Translations under genes and position numbers: made by a program
Assembly (NCBI GenBank): GCA_900298995.1
Contig: OMIC01000032.1
Location: 4,254-68,253 of the forward strand
Length of the DNA stretch: 64,000 nt
Reading direction: 5' to 3'
Source of the DNA: Hyphomicrobiaceae bacterium
GTDB taxonomy: Bacteria; Pseudomonadota; Alphaproteobacteria; Rhizobiales; Aestuariivirgaceae
The notes under the pieces: model-generated
What the model was told of the DNA's origin: nothing
Database searches by the model: none
The model's input: only the letters and a program-made list of their open reading frames with translations
Shown here: in pieces, positions 23,573 through 33,463 of the stretch
Numbering within the stretch: position 1 is the stretch's first letter
Layout of the letters: each line of letters starts with the position of its first letter

Positions 23573-24586
23573 ATGTCTGACATAGGTGCTTTCATCGCCG
23601 GTTGCTCCGGCCCGGCCCTCACGTCCACTGAACAGGCCTTTTTTGCGCGTACCAATCCGCTCGGACTGATCCTGTTCAAGCGAAACTGCGAGACGCCTGA
23701 GCAACTGGCCGCACTCACGAAGTCCTTCCGGCTTGCCACGGGACGGCGCAATGCGCTGGTCTTGGTCGATCAGGAAGGCGGCCGGGTGCAGCGCCTTGGG
23801 CCGCCAGCATGGCGAGCCTATCCCTCTGCCAGAAGCTTCGGCGAACTTTTCGCACGTGATCCTCTCGCGGGCCTGAGAACAGCCCGTCATGTGGGTCTGC
23901 TGATGGCTGAGGATCTTCACGCCGCCGGTATCAACGCCAACTGCATCCCTGTCCTGGATGTTCCCCAACCCGGCGCGCATGACATCATCGGCAGCAGAGC
24001 CTACGCCACAACGCCCGAGACCATCATGGTGCTCGCCCGCGCGCATGCGTCTGGTTTTGCCGAAGGCGGCATCCTGCCTGTGATCAAGCACATTCCCGGA
24101 CATGGCCGCGCCACGGCCGACAGCCACCACGACCTTCCCGTGGTCGATGCCAAGCTCTCTGAACTGGCGGCGACGGATTTTCCTCCCTTCGCCGCCTTCG
24201 CAGACTCTCCGATGGCGATGACGGCCCATGTCGTCTACACCGCTGTCGATCCGGCCGCACCCGGAACCCTGTCGCGCAAGGTGATCGGCACGCTGATCCG
24301 CAAGAAGATCGGCTTCAGCGGGCTGCTCATGACCGACGATCTGTCTATGAAGGCGTTGTCCGGAACCTATGCGGACAAGACCCGGCGAGCGCTCGCGGCG
24401 GGCTGTGATGTGGTGCTCCACTGCAATGGCGAGCTTGCCGAGATGGAAGAGGTTGCCGCCGCCGCCGGCAGGCTCAGGAGCAGGGCATTGACCCGCGCCC
24501 GGTCAGCCGTCAAGGCGATCCGCAAGCCGTTGTCATTCGACCGCCGGATGGCGCTGCGCGACCTGGATGCCCTTTTGGGGGTGTGA
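23573..24586 (+). CDS. nagZ: Beta-N-acetylhexosaminidase
   Basis: 337 aa with the GH3 NagZ motif KHIPGHGRATADSH and LVDQEGGRVQRL. Confidence 0.92.
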   Translation: MSDIGAFIAGCSGPALTSTEQAFFARTNPLGLILFKRNCETPEQLAALTKSFRLATGRRNALVLVDQEGGRVQRLGPPAWRAYPSARSFGELFARDPLAGLRTARHVGLLMAEDLHAAGINANCIPVLDVPQPGAHDIIGSRAYATTPETIMVLARAHASGFAEGGILPVIKHIPGHGRATADSHHDLPVVDAKLSELAATDFPPFAAFADSPMAMTAHVVYTAVDPAAPGTLSRKVIGTLIRKKIGFSGLLMTDDLSMKALSGTYADKTRRALAAGCDVVLHCNGELAEMEEVAAAAGRLRSRALTRARSAVKAIRKPLSFDRRMALRDLDALLGV

Positions 24587-24661
24587 AACTGGGGATAAGT
24601 TAAGGCTCAACCGCGAATCAGCGGGCCTGCCTTGTTATCAAGACGTTGACGCAACAGAGGA

Positions 24662-25513
24662 TTGGCGCGCGTGAGCGGCGAAGATCATCCCCTAACTGGT
24701 TCCGGCAACGATCCATCTGGCTGGCCCGATGGCGAAGAGCCTTTGCGGGTTGAGCCCGAACAGCTGTCCGATGACGGCACGCTGATCGTCGATGTCGGCG
24801 GTTTCGAGGGCCCGCTCGATCTCCTGCTGGAGCTTGCGCGTCACCACAAGGTTGATCTCAAGCAGATTTCGATTCTGAAACTTGCTGAACAGTATCTCGA
24901 CTTCATTGAGAAGGCCCGCCGACTGCAGCTCGAGGTCGCCGCAGACTATCTCGTCATGGCAGCGTGGCTTGCCTTTCTGAAGTCGCGCCTGCTCATACCG
25001 GCTCCGCCCGGAACCGAGACGCAGGAGCCCGCCGATCTCGCCGCAAGGCTGGCCTTCCGCCTGCAGCGCCTGCAAGCCATGCGTACCGCCGCAGAGACGC
25101 TGATGAAGCGCAGCGTGCTCGGACGGGACGTCTTCGCGCGCGGTGCGCCTGAACCTCTCGTGACCGACATCCGCCGCGAATACGGCGACAATCTCATCGA
25201 TCTTCTGAAGGCCTATGCGGACAGGCGGAAGAAGAAGCTCGTGCATCAGAGCTATGTGCCGCGCCGTCATCCAACGTGGTCGATCAAGGAGGCGCGTATT
25301 GCCCTCGAACGGTTGGTCGGGGTGATGGATGACTGGGGCACATTCGATGTCTGGCTTGCGCAGTATCTTGCCGATCCCGGCCTGCGCCGGTCGGTAACGG
25401 CGTCGAGTTTCACCGCCAGCCTCGAGCTCGCCCGCGAGGGTGTGGTCGAGTTGCGCCAGGATGGGCCGTTCAGCCCGATCTACATGAGACGCCGGGCAGC
25501 GAATGCCGCCTGA
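24662..25513 (+). CDS. scpA: Segregation and condensation protein A
   Basis: FEGPLDLLLELARHHKVDLKQISILKLAEQYLDFI is typical of ScpA. The start is uncertain (TTG 24662 or GTG 24671). Confidence 0.9.
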   Translation: MARVSGEDHPLTGSGNDPSGWPDGEEPLRVEPEQLSDDGTLIVDVGGFEGPLDLLLELARHHKVDLKQISILKLAEQYLDFIEKARRLQLEVAADYLVMAAWLAFLKSRLLIPAPPGTETQEPADLAARLAFRLQRLQAMRTAAETLMKRSVLGRDVFARGAPEPLVTDIRREYGDNLIDLLKAYADRRKKKLVHQSYVPRRHPTWSIKEARIALERLVGVMDDWGTFDVWLAQYLADPGLRRSVTASSFTASLELAREGVVELRQDGPFSPIYMRRRAANAA

Positions 25514-25546
25514 TCCGGCGAGTTGAGTGACGTAAGGGAGAAGACC

Positions 25547-26359
25547 ATGCAGACGCAAGCCGCAGCGGCAGATGCCGTGACCGATACCGACGAGGTTGGT
25601 GCGGAAGAGGCGTTGGCTCCGGAGAGCGGAGCGGAAGCCGCAGATGAAGGCCAGGGCAGTGCGAGCGTCACGCGGCATCCGCGGGCCGACCGCAATCAGC
25701 ACCTCCGGATCGTTGAGGCCATCCTGTTTGCGGCCGCTGCTCCCGTCGATGTCGCGCAACTGAAGTCATCGCTGCCGGAAGGAAGTGATATCGCCGGTTT
25801 GCTCTCCGACCTTCAGGCCAATTATGCCAACCGTGGCGTCAATCTCGTCGAGGTGGCCGGCAAATGGCTCTTCCGGACATCGGAGGACCTCGCCTACCTG
25901 CTGCGCCGGGAGAAGGTGGAGGAGCGTCGGCTGTCGAAGGCCGCACTCGAGACCCTGGCCATCATCGCCTATCACCAGCCCGTAACGCGTGCCGAGATTG
26001 AGGACATCCGGGGTGTGGCCATCTCCAAAGGCACGCTCGACCAGTTGCTCGAAGTTGACTGGGTGCGCATGCGCGGTCGCCGCAAGACACCGGGCCGCCC
26101 TGTTACTTATGGCACCACGGAAGCGTTCCTGAGCCATTTCGGGCTGGCCGAGGTGGGTGACCTGCCGGGCCTTCAGGAACTCAAGGGCGCTGGCCTTCTC
26201 GATGCCAATCTGCCGCCCGGCTTTGACGTCCCGATCCCCCGGAGCGGCGATGACCTCTTGCCGGACGAAGACCCGCTCGACGGCACGGAAACGGATCAGT
26301 TGCCGCTCGAGATGCATCTCCCCGAGGACGGCGAGGCCGAAACCGGGATCAAGCCCTGA
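25547..26359 (+). CDS. scpB: Segregation and condensation protein B
   Basis: ILFAAAAPV...LVEVAGKWLFRT...ETLAIIAYHQPVTRAEIEDIRGV. The ATG at 25547 is preceded by AAGGGAG. Confidence 0.9.
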   Translation: MQTQAAAADAVTDTDEVGAEEALAPESGAEAADEGQGSASVTRHPRADRNQHLRIVEAILFAAAAPVDVAQLKSSLPEGSDIAGLLSDLQANYANRGVNLVEVAGKWLFRTSEDLAYLLRREKVEERRLSKAALETLAIIAYHQPVTRAEIEDIRGVAISKGTLDQLLEVDWVRMRGRRKTPGRPVTYGTTEAFLSHFGLAEVGDLPGLQELKGAGLLDANLPPGFDVPIPRSGDDLLPDEDPLDGTETDQLPLEMHLPEDGEAETGIKP

Positions 26360-26360
26360 C

Positions 26361-26390
26361 AAAAAAAGGCACCGCGCAGGCGGTGCCTTT
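26361..26390. terminator. Bidirectional intrinsic terminator between scpB and rpmG
   Basis: A7-GGCACCGC-GCAG-GCGGTGCC-TTT forms a perfect 8-bp stem. On the minus strand it is followed by T7, so it is strongest as the rpmG terminator. Confidence 0.75.
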
Positions 26391-26417
26391 CATACGTCCA
26401 GATAAGCGGCGGTCGGC

Positions 26418-26585
26418 CTACTTGATCTTGGTTTCCTTGAATTCAACGTGCTTGCGGGCGACCGGGTCGTATTTCTTGAACGACAGCTTCTCGGTCTGCG
26501 TGCGAGAATTCTTCTTTGTAACGTAGAAGTAGCCAGTGTCGGCGGATGACGCCAGCTTGATCTTGATCACATTGCCCTTGGCCAT
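26418..26585 (-). CDS. rpmG: 50S ribosomal protein L33
   Basis: [55 protein letters not shown] (55 aa). GGAGA RBS. The track start at 26642 is an over-extension. Confidence 0.95.
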   Translation of the reverse strand: MAKGNVIKIKLASSADTGYFYVTKKNSRTQTEKLSFKKYDPVARKHVEFKETKIK

Positions 26586-26654
26586 GTCGGTCTCCAAAAC
26601 AGGAATTTGCGCCGATAGACCCGAAATGCCGGGGAAAGTCAAGGCGAGACAGGT

Positions 26655-27347
26655 CTAGGGCGCGATCTCGTCCTCGATCCAGTTCTTGCCGCGGTGATAC
26701 TGAAAAGAGGCCGGAAAATCGGACGGCGGAAGCCGCCTGGCAGCGAGAAAGGGTTGCAGCCGCTTCAGGGCGTCGATGGTGATGAGCGGCAGGTCCAGGC
26801 CGGAGATTTCCTCGAGGGTCAGCCACGCGATGGTCAGGAGTTCCCCGCCACCATCATGATACGGCCGGTCGAGGTTGCTCAGGGCTTCGGCCTCTCCGAG
26901 AAAGAAACGCGAGTCATAACGGCGGGTTCTTCCGGGAGGGGTGATGGCCCGCATGAAGAGTCTCAGTCCCGAAAGGTCCGGTGGATCGGCGGGTGCGGAG
27001 CGCCCGAAAAGCAGCCCCGCCTCCTCCCATGTTTCGCGCAGGGCGGCATGAGCCAGGCCGCGGGCTCTGTTCTCGCTGGGGCGGCCCCGCATGCGGCGCA
27101 TCAGTTTCGCGAGGGTGGCCGGATCGAGGTCGCGCGCTGGCTTGACACGGCAGTCGGCAGCTTCAAGCCGGCCACCGGGAAACACGAACTTGTTGGGCAT
27201 GAAGGCATGCCCGCCCGCCCGCTGGCCCATCAGGATACGGGGTGCCCCGCGGTCCCAGCGCACCAGTATGAGGGTGGCAGAGTCTTTCGGCCGCAAGACC
27301 TTGCTGTGGAGTTTTGACCCGGCAAACTCTGGGTGGTCGTAGGTCAT
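26655..27347 (-). CDS. NUDIX hydrolase
   Basis: 230 aa with a Nudix box: GGRLEAAD...ALRETWEEAGL. The ATG overlaps the upstream stop (ATGA). Confidence 0.85.
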   Translation of the reverse strand: MTYDHPEFAGSKLHSKVLRPKDSATLILVRWDRGAPRILMGQRAGGHAFMPNKFVFPGGRLEAADCRVKPARDLDPATLAKLMRRMRGRPSENRARGLAHAALRETWEEAGLLFGRSAPADPPDLSGLRLFMRAITPPGRTRRYDSRFFLGEAEALSNLDRPYHDGGGELLTIAWLTLEEISGLDLPLITIDALKRLQPFLAARRLPPSDFPASFQYHRGKNWIEDEIAP

Positions 27348-27760
27348 GCGTCGCCGTTGTCGCCGGTGCCATCAAAACCATGCATCCTGAGAGCCCATTG
27401 CAGGCCGACAATGGCGCCCTTAACGGCTGGCATCAGTGCGAAGGTCAGCGACAGGGTTACGGCGGTCCAGAGCATGAAATGGATGCTGAGCGGCGGCGCC
27501 CAGAGCTTTTCCACCACCAGGACAAGCGGTACCACGATGTGCCCCACGATGAACATGGTGAAATAGGGAGGCGCATCATCGGCGCGCTGGTGATGAAGCT
27601 CTTCGCCACACTGCCCGCAGGTGTCGGCAATTTTCAGATAGCTGTTGAACATGCTGCCGCGTCCGCATGCCGGGCAGCGACAGGCGAAGCCCCTTGACAT
27701 GGCGGACTTCCAGTCCCGGCGTGCCGCGGAGGCCGCTGATTGATCGAGAACGAGCGTCAT
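27344..27760 (-). CDS. DUF983 domain-containing membrane protein (zinc-ribbon plus 2 TM)
   Basis: CPACGRGSMF...CGQCGEEL forms a Cys4 ribbon, followed by two hydrophobic helices (YFTMFIVGHIVVPLVLVV, MLWTAVTLSLTFALMPAV). ATG at 27760 with an AAGGAAA RBS. Confidence 0.75.
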   Translation of the reverse strand: MTLVLDQSAASAARRDWKSAMSRGFACRCPACGRGSMFNSYLKIADTCGQCGEELHHQRADDAPPYFTMFIVGHIVVPLVLVVEKLWAPPLSIHFMLWTAVTLSLTFALMPAVKGAIVGLQWALRMHGFDGTGDNGDA

Positions 27761-27836
27761 GCAGGTTTCCTTGAACCAACTCCGGTCTGAAATGAAGTCC
27801 CAGCTCGGGCACGCGACGGACTGCCGCAAGTGGCAC

Positions 27837-30074
27837 CTACCGTTGGCGTCGTTTACCCCTTGGCTGCGGACGGCTCCTCCGCTGCACATGACGGGAAGTC
27901 GGCTTTTCCGTCCGTCCGCCCGATACGACCTCGAAGCGCATTCCTCCGGACACCGGTGTCGCCTCCACCAGTTTGACCTCCAGCCGGTCCCCCAACTGGT
28001 AGGTCTCGCCGGTACGCTCGCCGGTCAGGGCGTGCCGGGTCTTGTCGAAGACGAAATATTCGCGGCCCAGCGTCGTGACGGGCACAAAGCCGTCCGCTCC
28101 GGACTCATCGAGTTTCACGAACAGCCCGGCGCCAACCACGCCTGCGATCCGGCCCCGGAAGACGGAACCGGTATGGGCGGCAAGATGCGCCGCCACCAAC
28201 CGGTCAATGGTCTCGCGCTCGGCGGCCATCGCCCGCCGTTCGGCATCCGAAATCATGTCCGCAGTCTCCTGGAGACGGGCCATGTCCTCAGGGCTCAGTC
28301 CGTCAGTGCCAAAGCCTAGGGCCAAAACCAGAGCCCGATGGACGATCAGATCGGCGTAGCGGCGGATCGGTGAGGTGAAATGTGCGTAGCGGCGCAAGGC
28401 CAGTCCGAAATGCCCCTTGTTGACGGGGTGGTAGACCGCCTGCGCCTGCGTGCGAAGCACCATCTCATTGACCAGATGCTGGTAATCTTTCTTTTCAACA
28501 TCACGGAGTAACTTGTTGAACTGATGGGGTTTCACAGCCTGTCCCAGAGGAAGTGACAGGTTGACAGTCCGGAGGAATTCGGCCAGCGCGCGAAGTTTCT
28601 CTTCCGAGGGAGGTTCGTGGATGCGGTAGATGAGGGGTGTCTTGCGGTTTTCGAGTTCCTCGGCGGCGGCCACATTTGCCTGGATCATGAACTCCTCGAC
28701 CAGGCGATGGGCATCGAGCCTTTGCGGTGTCACGACCCGTTCGATAAGACCGTGCGCATCCAGAACAAGCTTTCGTTCCGGAAGGTCGAGTTCCAGAGGT
28801 GCGCGTGCGGAGCGTCCCTTGTTCAGGATGGTATAAGCAGCCCACAGAGGCCGCAAAACGGTCTCCAGCAGGGGAGCGGTGCGGTCGTTTGGTGTCCCGT
28901 CGATTGCTGCCTGGGCTTCCTCATAGGCCAGTTTCGCCGCAGAACGCATGACGACACGAGCGAAGCGGTGGCTGGTCTTGCGGCCCGACTTGTCGAAGCG
29001 CATGAAGCAGGCAAGCGCCGGACGTTCCTCCCGCTCGCGCAGCGAACACAGGTCGTTCGAGATTTTCTCCGGCAACATGGGCACGACTCGATCCGGGAAA
29101 TAGACCGAATTGCCGCGGATGCGCGCCTCGCGGTCCAGCGCCGTTCCTGGCCGCACATAGGCCGCGACGTCGGCAATGGCGACGATGATATCGGCACTGC
29201 CTGTCCTGGGGTCCACTTCCGCCCACACGGCGTCATCATGATCGCGGGCATCGCGCGGATCGATGGTGACAAGCGGCACCGCGCGGAGGTCTTCGCGCCC
29301 ATCCCGTGAAAAGTGTCCGAGCCCATCGGCCTCGCGAAGCACGCGATCTGGAAACTGATCAGGAATACCGTGGTGTCTGATCGCGATGAGCGAGATGTTG
29401 CGCTGGTCGTTGAGATCCCCGAGTCTCGCACGCACCCGCGCCCCCGGGAGTCCGCGACCCCGGTCGCGGGTGACTTCGGCCTCCACGAGCTCGCCATCCC
29501 GGGCCCCGCCGTCGTCGCCTTTCGCGACCTGCAATTCGTGACGGGCCTTCTTGTCGACCGGCACGATCCGACCGCCCAGCCCGGGCATCAGGCGATAGAC
29601 GCCGAGCACACGGCTCGCCTGGCCCGAGAGCGCCTTGATGATCCGCCCCCGGAACTTGTAGCGGCCATCGCGCGACACATCGATACGGGCCAGAACCCGG
29701 TCCCCGATGCGCGGCGCACCTTCGACACCCTCAAGCACCACCCGAGGCGGCTTGCCCGCCTGTCGCTCGTCCCATTCGACGGGCTCGCCATAGGGTTCGC
29801 CGTCCTTGTCGATGCCCGTGAGTTCGAGAACCGTAACGGGGGGCAGGGCGGAGCGGTCAACAAGCTTGCGCTGCCGCCTGGCGAGCAAGCCCTCGTCCTC
29901 CATGCGCTTCAGCAGCGCCTTGAGCCCGATCTTGGCAGCGCCGCTCACGCCGAAATGGCGGGCGATCTCGCGCTTGCCAACAATCTGCGGCGAGGACTGG
30001 ATGAAGGCCAGCACGTCGGCCTCGGTGGGAAGCGCCGGTGACCGGCTCGGCTGTCTTGCCATGACCACAGACAT
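27837..30074 (-). CDS. rnr: Ribonuclease R
   Basis: 745 aa. RNB motif DPRDARDHDDAV and a C-terminal S1-like domain (FRGRIAGVVGAGLFVKL), followed by a basic tail. Confidence 0.95.
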   Translation of the reverse strand: MSVVMARQPSRSPALPTEADVLAFIQSSPQIVGKREIARHFGVSGAAKIGLKALLKRMEDEGLLARRQRKLVDRSALPPVTVLELTGIDKDGEPYGEPVEWDERQAGKPPRVVLEGVEGAPRIGDRVLARIDVSRDGRYKFRGRIIKALSGQASRVLGVYRLMPGLGGRIVPVDKKARHELQVAKGDDGGARDGELVEAEVTRDRGRGLPGARVRARLGDLNDQRNISLIAIRHHGIPDQFPDRVLREADGLGHFSRDGREDLRAVPLVTIDPRDARDHDDAVWAEVDPRTGSADIIVAIADVAAYVRPGTALDREARIRGNSVYFPDRVVPMLPEKISNDLCSLREREERPALACFMRFDKSGRKTSHRFARVVMRSAAKLAYEEAQAAIDGTPNDRTAPLLETVLRPLWAAYTILNKGRSARAPLELDLPERKLVLDAHGLIERVVTPQRLDAHRLVEEFMIQANVAAAEELENRKTPLIYRIHEPPSEEKLRALAEFLRTVNLSLPLGQAVKPHQFNKLLRDVEKKDYQHLVNEMVLRTQAQAVYHPVNKGHFGLALRRYAHFTSPIRRYADLIVHRALVLALGFGTDGLSPEDMARLQETADMISDAERRAMAAERETIDRLVAAHLAAHTGSVFRGRIAGVVGAGLFVKLDESGADGFVPVTTLGREYFVFDKTRHALTGERTGETYQLGDRLEVKLVEATPVSGGMRFEVVSGGRTEKPTSRHVQRRSRPQPRGKRRQR

Positions 30075-30210
30075 ATCCGGAACCGGGTCGCCAAATCCAG
30101 CGGATAACCGTAATTTGGCCCTGTCCCGGCCTACACCGCCCGAAACCTTCTGTTAAGCAAGCTGTTGCCAAGGTTCCGCTGTCATTGTGGAGTGAGGTGG
30201 ACCGAATCGC

Positions 30211-30642
30211 ATGCTCTGGACCGGTGCCGTGAAGAAACCGCAGAAACACAGGCAATATGCAGCTCTGCCCTGGCGCGATACCGGCGCGGGACGGCAGGTG
30301 CTGCTTATTTCCTCGCGTGATTCCGGTCGCTGGGTCATCCCCAAGGGCTGGCCGATCAAGGGTCTCTCACCGGCCCAGACAGCCGCTCGGGAGGCTTTCG
30401 AGGAGGCCGGGCTCGGTGGCCAGGTGAGCAAGAAGCCCATCGGCGAATTCGACTATGGCAAGAAACTCGACAACGGCCGGGTCCAGGCCTGCCGGGTCGA
30501 GGTCTATGGGCTGGAACAGCACATTCAGCACCCGGAGTGGCCTGAGCAGGGTCAACGTCGCTTGCAGTGGTTTACGGTGCGCGAAGCGGCAGAGGCCGTC
30601 GAGGAACCTGATCTCAAGCGCATCATCCGCAATCTGAAATAG
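30211..30642 (+). CDS. NUDIX hydrolase
   Basis: 143 aa with a Nudix box: KGWPIKGLSPAQTAAREAFEEAGL. Confidence 0.85.
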   Translation: MLWTGAVKKPQKHRQYAALPWRDTGAGRQVLLISSRDSGRWVIPKGWPIKGLSPAQTAAREAFEEAGLGGQVSKKPIGEFDYGKKLDNGRVQACRVEVYGLEQHIQHPEWPEQGQRRLQWFTVREAAEAVEEPDLKRIIRNLK

Positions 30643-30661
30643 GCCTGCGTACAGTCGGAGT

Positions 30662-33298
30662 TCAGGCGGCCTTAGGCTTACGGGGGGCTTTCCTGGAGGC
30701 TTTCTTTGCCGCAGCCGGCTTCTCGGCCTTGGCGGATTTTCGCGCCGGGCCTGCCTTCTTGGCTGCCGGTTTCTTCTTGGACGGCGTCTTGCCCTCGCGC
30801 TCCGCGATCAGCGCCACGGCCTCATCGAGCGTCACCGCTTGGGGATCCTTGTCGCGCGGCAGGGTGGCGTTGATCTTCCCGAATTTGACGTAGGGCCCGT
30901 AGCGGCCACTCATCACCTGTACAGTCCCGCCACCCGACGGATGCGGACCGAGATCCTTCAGCGCACCGGACTTGGGGCGCTGGAAACCGCGGGCCTTCTT
31001 TTCAGCCAGCAGGTCCACGGCGCGGTTGATGCCAATCGTGAAGACATCCTCCGGCGCATCGAGATTGGCATAGGTGCCATCATGCAGCACAAAGGGTCCG
31101 AAACGGCCGAAATTGGCGACAATGGGCTTGCCGGTTTCCGGATGGAGGCCGATCTCGCGCGGCAGCGACAGCAGCCGCAGCGCCTCCTCGAGCGTCACAT
31201 CCTCGGGCTTCCGGCCCTTGGGGATCGACGCCCGTTGCGGTTTTTCGCCATCCACCGCCTCGCCAAGCTGGAGATAGGGCCCGAACCGGCCTGCACGTCG
31301 GGTCACTTTCTCGCCCGTCTCGGGGTCTACGCCCAGAAGCACGCCCTCGGCAGGAACGGCGTCACTGCCCTCGGCGGACGGCGACATCGGTCGGGTATAC
31401 TTGCAGTCGGGATAGTTGGAACAGCCGATGAACGACCCGAACTTCCCGAGCTTGAGCGACAGCTGCCCGTTTGCGCAGGACGGGCAGGCACGGGCATTGC
31501 CGCCATCCGTGCGAGGCGGAAAGATATGGGGCGCGAGCGTCTCATTGAGGGAGTCCAGCACGTTGGAGACGCGCAACTCCTTCACGTCCTCGAGCGCAGC
31601 CGTGAAATCGCGCCAGAAATCACGCAGCACCTGTTTCCAGTCGATGTCGCCTGCCGACACCTTGTCGAGCTGTTCCTCGAGCCCGGCGGTAAAATCATAT
31701 TCGACATATCGGCGGAAGAAGTTCTCGAGAAACGCCGTCACGACGCGGCCCTTGTCCTCCGGGATCAGGCGCTTCTTGTCGAGGCGCACATATCCGCGTG
31801 TCCGCAGGGTTTCGAGGATCGACACATAGGTCGAAGGCCGCCCGATGCCGAGTTCCTCCAGCTTCTTGATGAGCGAGGCTTCCGAATAGCGCGGTGGCGG
31901 CTCGGTGAAGTGCTGGACCCCTTCGATCTTGCGGACTCCGATCGAGTCGCCCCTGGCCATGGCGGGGAGCCTCCGGGAGTCCTCGTCCTCACCGTCATCG
32001 AGGCTTTCCGAATAGACCTTGAGGAAACCGTCGAACTTGATGACGGAGCCCGTGGCTCGGAACGAATAGTGCTTGCCGTCCTTGCCGTCTGCTCCGATAT
32101 CGGCGGTGGTGCGTTCGAGTTCCGCGCTCTCCATCTGGCTGGCGATGGTTCGCTTCCAGATCAACTCATAGAGAGCGAACTGATCCGCATCGAGAGCGCG
32201 CCGCAATCCGTTGGGCGACCGCGACATCTCAGTCGGCCGGATCGCCTCATGGGCCTCCTGGGCGTTCTTCGCCTTGGTGGTGTAGTGACGTGGCACGGAG
32301 GGCAGGTAGGGCTCGCCGAAATTCTTCAGAATGGCATTGCGTGTGCTGGCGATGGCCTCGGGTGCCATGTCGACGCCATCCGTCCGCATATAGGTGATGA
32401 GACCGACCGTCTCGCCGCCAATGTCCACGCCCTCATACAGGCGCTGCGCGATCTGCATGGTCCGGGCAGACGAAAACCCCAGCTTGCGCGAGGCCTCCTG
32501 CTGCAAGGTCGAAGTGCGGAACGGCGGATAGGGATGCCGGCGCGCAGGCTTTGACTCGATCGTGTCGACACGGAAGGGCTGCCCCTTCAACGCCTGCTCG
32601 ATGGCGCGTGCGCTGGCCTCATCGGCAATGTCGAGCTTGCCCAGCTTGCGCTTGTCAACCGCTGCGAGCTGCGCCTGGAACTCCTGATCCTGGGGCGTGG
32701 CGAAGATGCCGTCGATCGACCAGTACTCCTGCGCGCGGAACGCTTCGATCTCCAGTTCACGCTCGCAGATGAGCCGCAAGGCAACCGACTGGACTCGTCC
32801 CGCCGACCGGGAGCCGGGCAGTTTCCTCCAAAGCACGGGTGAGAGCGAGAAGCCCACCAGATAATCGAGCGCACGGCGCGCCAGATAGGCATCGACAAGG
32901 GCCGCATCGACATCCCGGGGATGCTGCATGGCCTCCAGAACGGCGTTCTTGGTGATGGCGTTGAACACCACGCGCTGCACGGCCTTCCCCTTGAGAACGC
33001 CTTTTTTCCGCAGCACTTCGAGAACGTGCCACGAGATGGCTTCGCCCTCCCGGTCAGGGTCAGTCGCAAGGATCAGCCGGTCGTCGCCTTTGAGCGCGGC
33101 GGCAATGTCTGCCAGACGCTTGGCCGACTTCCCGTCCACCTCCCAGTCCATCTCGAAATCCGCGTCCGGGCGAACGGAGCCATCCTTTGGCGGCAGGTCA
33201 CGGACATGGCCATAGGAGGCTAGGACTATGAAATCATTACCTAAATACTTGTTGATGGTCTTGGCTTTGGCCGGGGATTCAACAACAACGACGGTCAT
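30662..33298 (-). CDS. topA: DNA topoisomerase I
   Basis: 878 aa. TOPRIM VVVESPAKAKTI, active-site region LITYMRTDG, zinc ribbon CPSC...CSNYPDC, and a Lys/Ala-rich C-terminal tail. Confidence 0.97.
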   Translation of the reverse strand: MTVVVVESPAKAKTINKYLGNDFIVLASYGHVRDLPPKDGSVRPDADFEMDWEVDGKSAKRLADIAAALKGDDRLILATDPDREGEAISWHVLEVLRKKGVLKGKAVQRVVFNAITKNAVLEAMQHPRDVDAALVDAYLARRALDYLVGFSLSPVLWRKLPGSRSAGRVQSVALRLICERELEIEAFRAQEYWSIDGIFATPQDQEFQAQLAAVDKRKLGKLDIADEASARAIEQALKGQPFRVDTIESKPARRHPYPPFRTSTLQQEASRKLGFSSARTMQIAQRLYEGVDIGGETVGLITYMRTDGVDMAPEAIASTRNAILKNFGEPYLPSVPRHYTTKAKNAQEAHEAIRPTEMSRSPNGLRRALDADQFALYELIWKRTIASQMESAELERTTADIGADGKDGKHYSFRATGSVIKFDGFLKVYSESLDDGEDEDSRRLPAMARGDSIGVRKIEGVQHFTEPPPRYSEASLIKKLEELGIGRPSTYVSILETLRTRGYVRLDKKRLIPEDKGRVVTAFLENFFRRYVEYDFTAGLEEQLDKVSAGDIDWKQVLRDFWRDFTAALEDVKELRVSNVLDSLNETLAPHIFPPRTDGGNARACPSCANGQLSLKLGKFGSFIGCSNYPDCKYTRPMSPSAEGSDAVPAEGVLLGVDPETGEKVTRRAGRFGPYLQLGEAVDGEKPQRASIPKGRKPEDVTLEEALRLLSLPREIGLHPETGKPIVANFGRFGPFVLHDGTYANLDAPEDVFTIGINRAVDLLAEKKARGFQRPKSGALKDLGPHPSGGGTVQVMSGRYGPYVKFGKINATLPRDKDPQAVTLDEAVALIAEREGKTPSKKKPAAKKAGPARKSAKAEKPAAAKKASRKAPRKPKAA

Positions 33299-33463
33299 CT
33301 ACAGTCCTGAGCAAGTTTCACGGCCTCATATAGGCATCAGGTTGCTGGCGCAAGGCAGGGTGATTTTCTCCCGAACCAAGTATCCAGTTCAATCTTAAGA
33401 TGCTTTTTTTTCGAATTATCCCGTATAAAGTGAAAATCAAAGAAAGCTCAACCGGAGGATTCA

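Noticed and set aside
30075-30210. Stem GCCAAAT...ATTTGGC and other short pairings in the rnr / NUDIX divergent spacer, considered as an sRNA or leader structure
   Set aside because: There is only a 7-bp stem with a 17-nt loop, no terminator, and no conservation evidence available. It is indistinguishable from chance.
30839-32554. 571-aa ORF on the plus strand
   Set aside because: It is entirely antisense to topA, whose frame carries unmistakable TOPRIM, active-site Tyr and Zn-ribbon motifs. The antisense product is R/G/L/A-rich with no motifs. Long stop-free antisense frames are expected at this GC content.
33380-33463. AT-rich stretch with a T8 run (33404-33411), considered as a terminator or small RNA
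   Set aside because: No GC-rich stem precedes the T-run on either strand. The position between the divergent topA and the 102-aa ORF fits a shared promoter region better.
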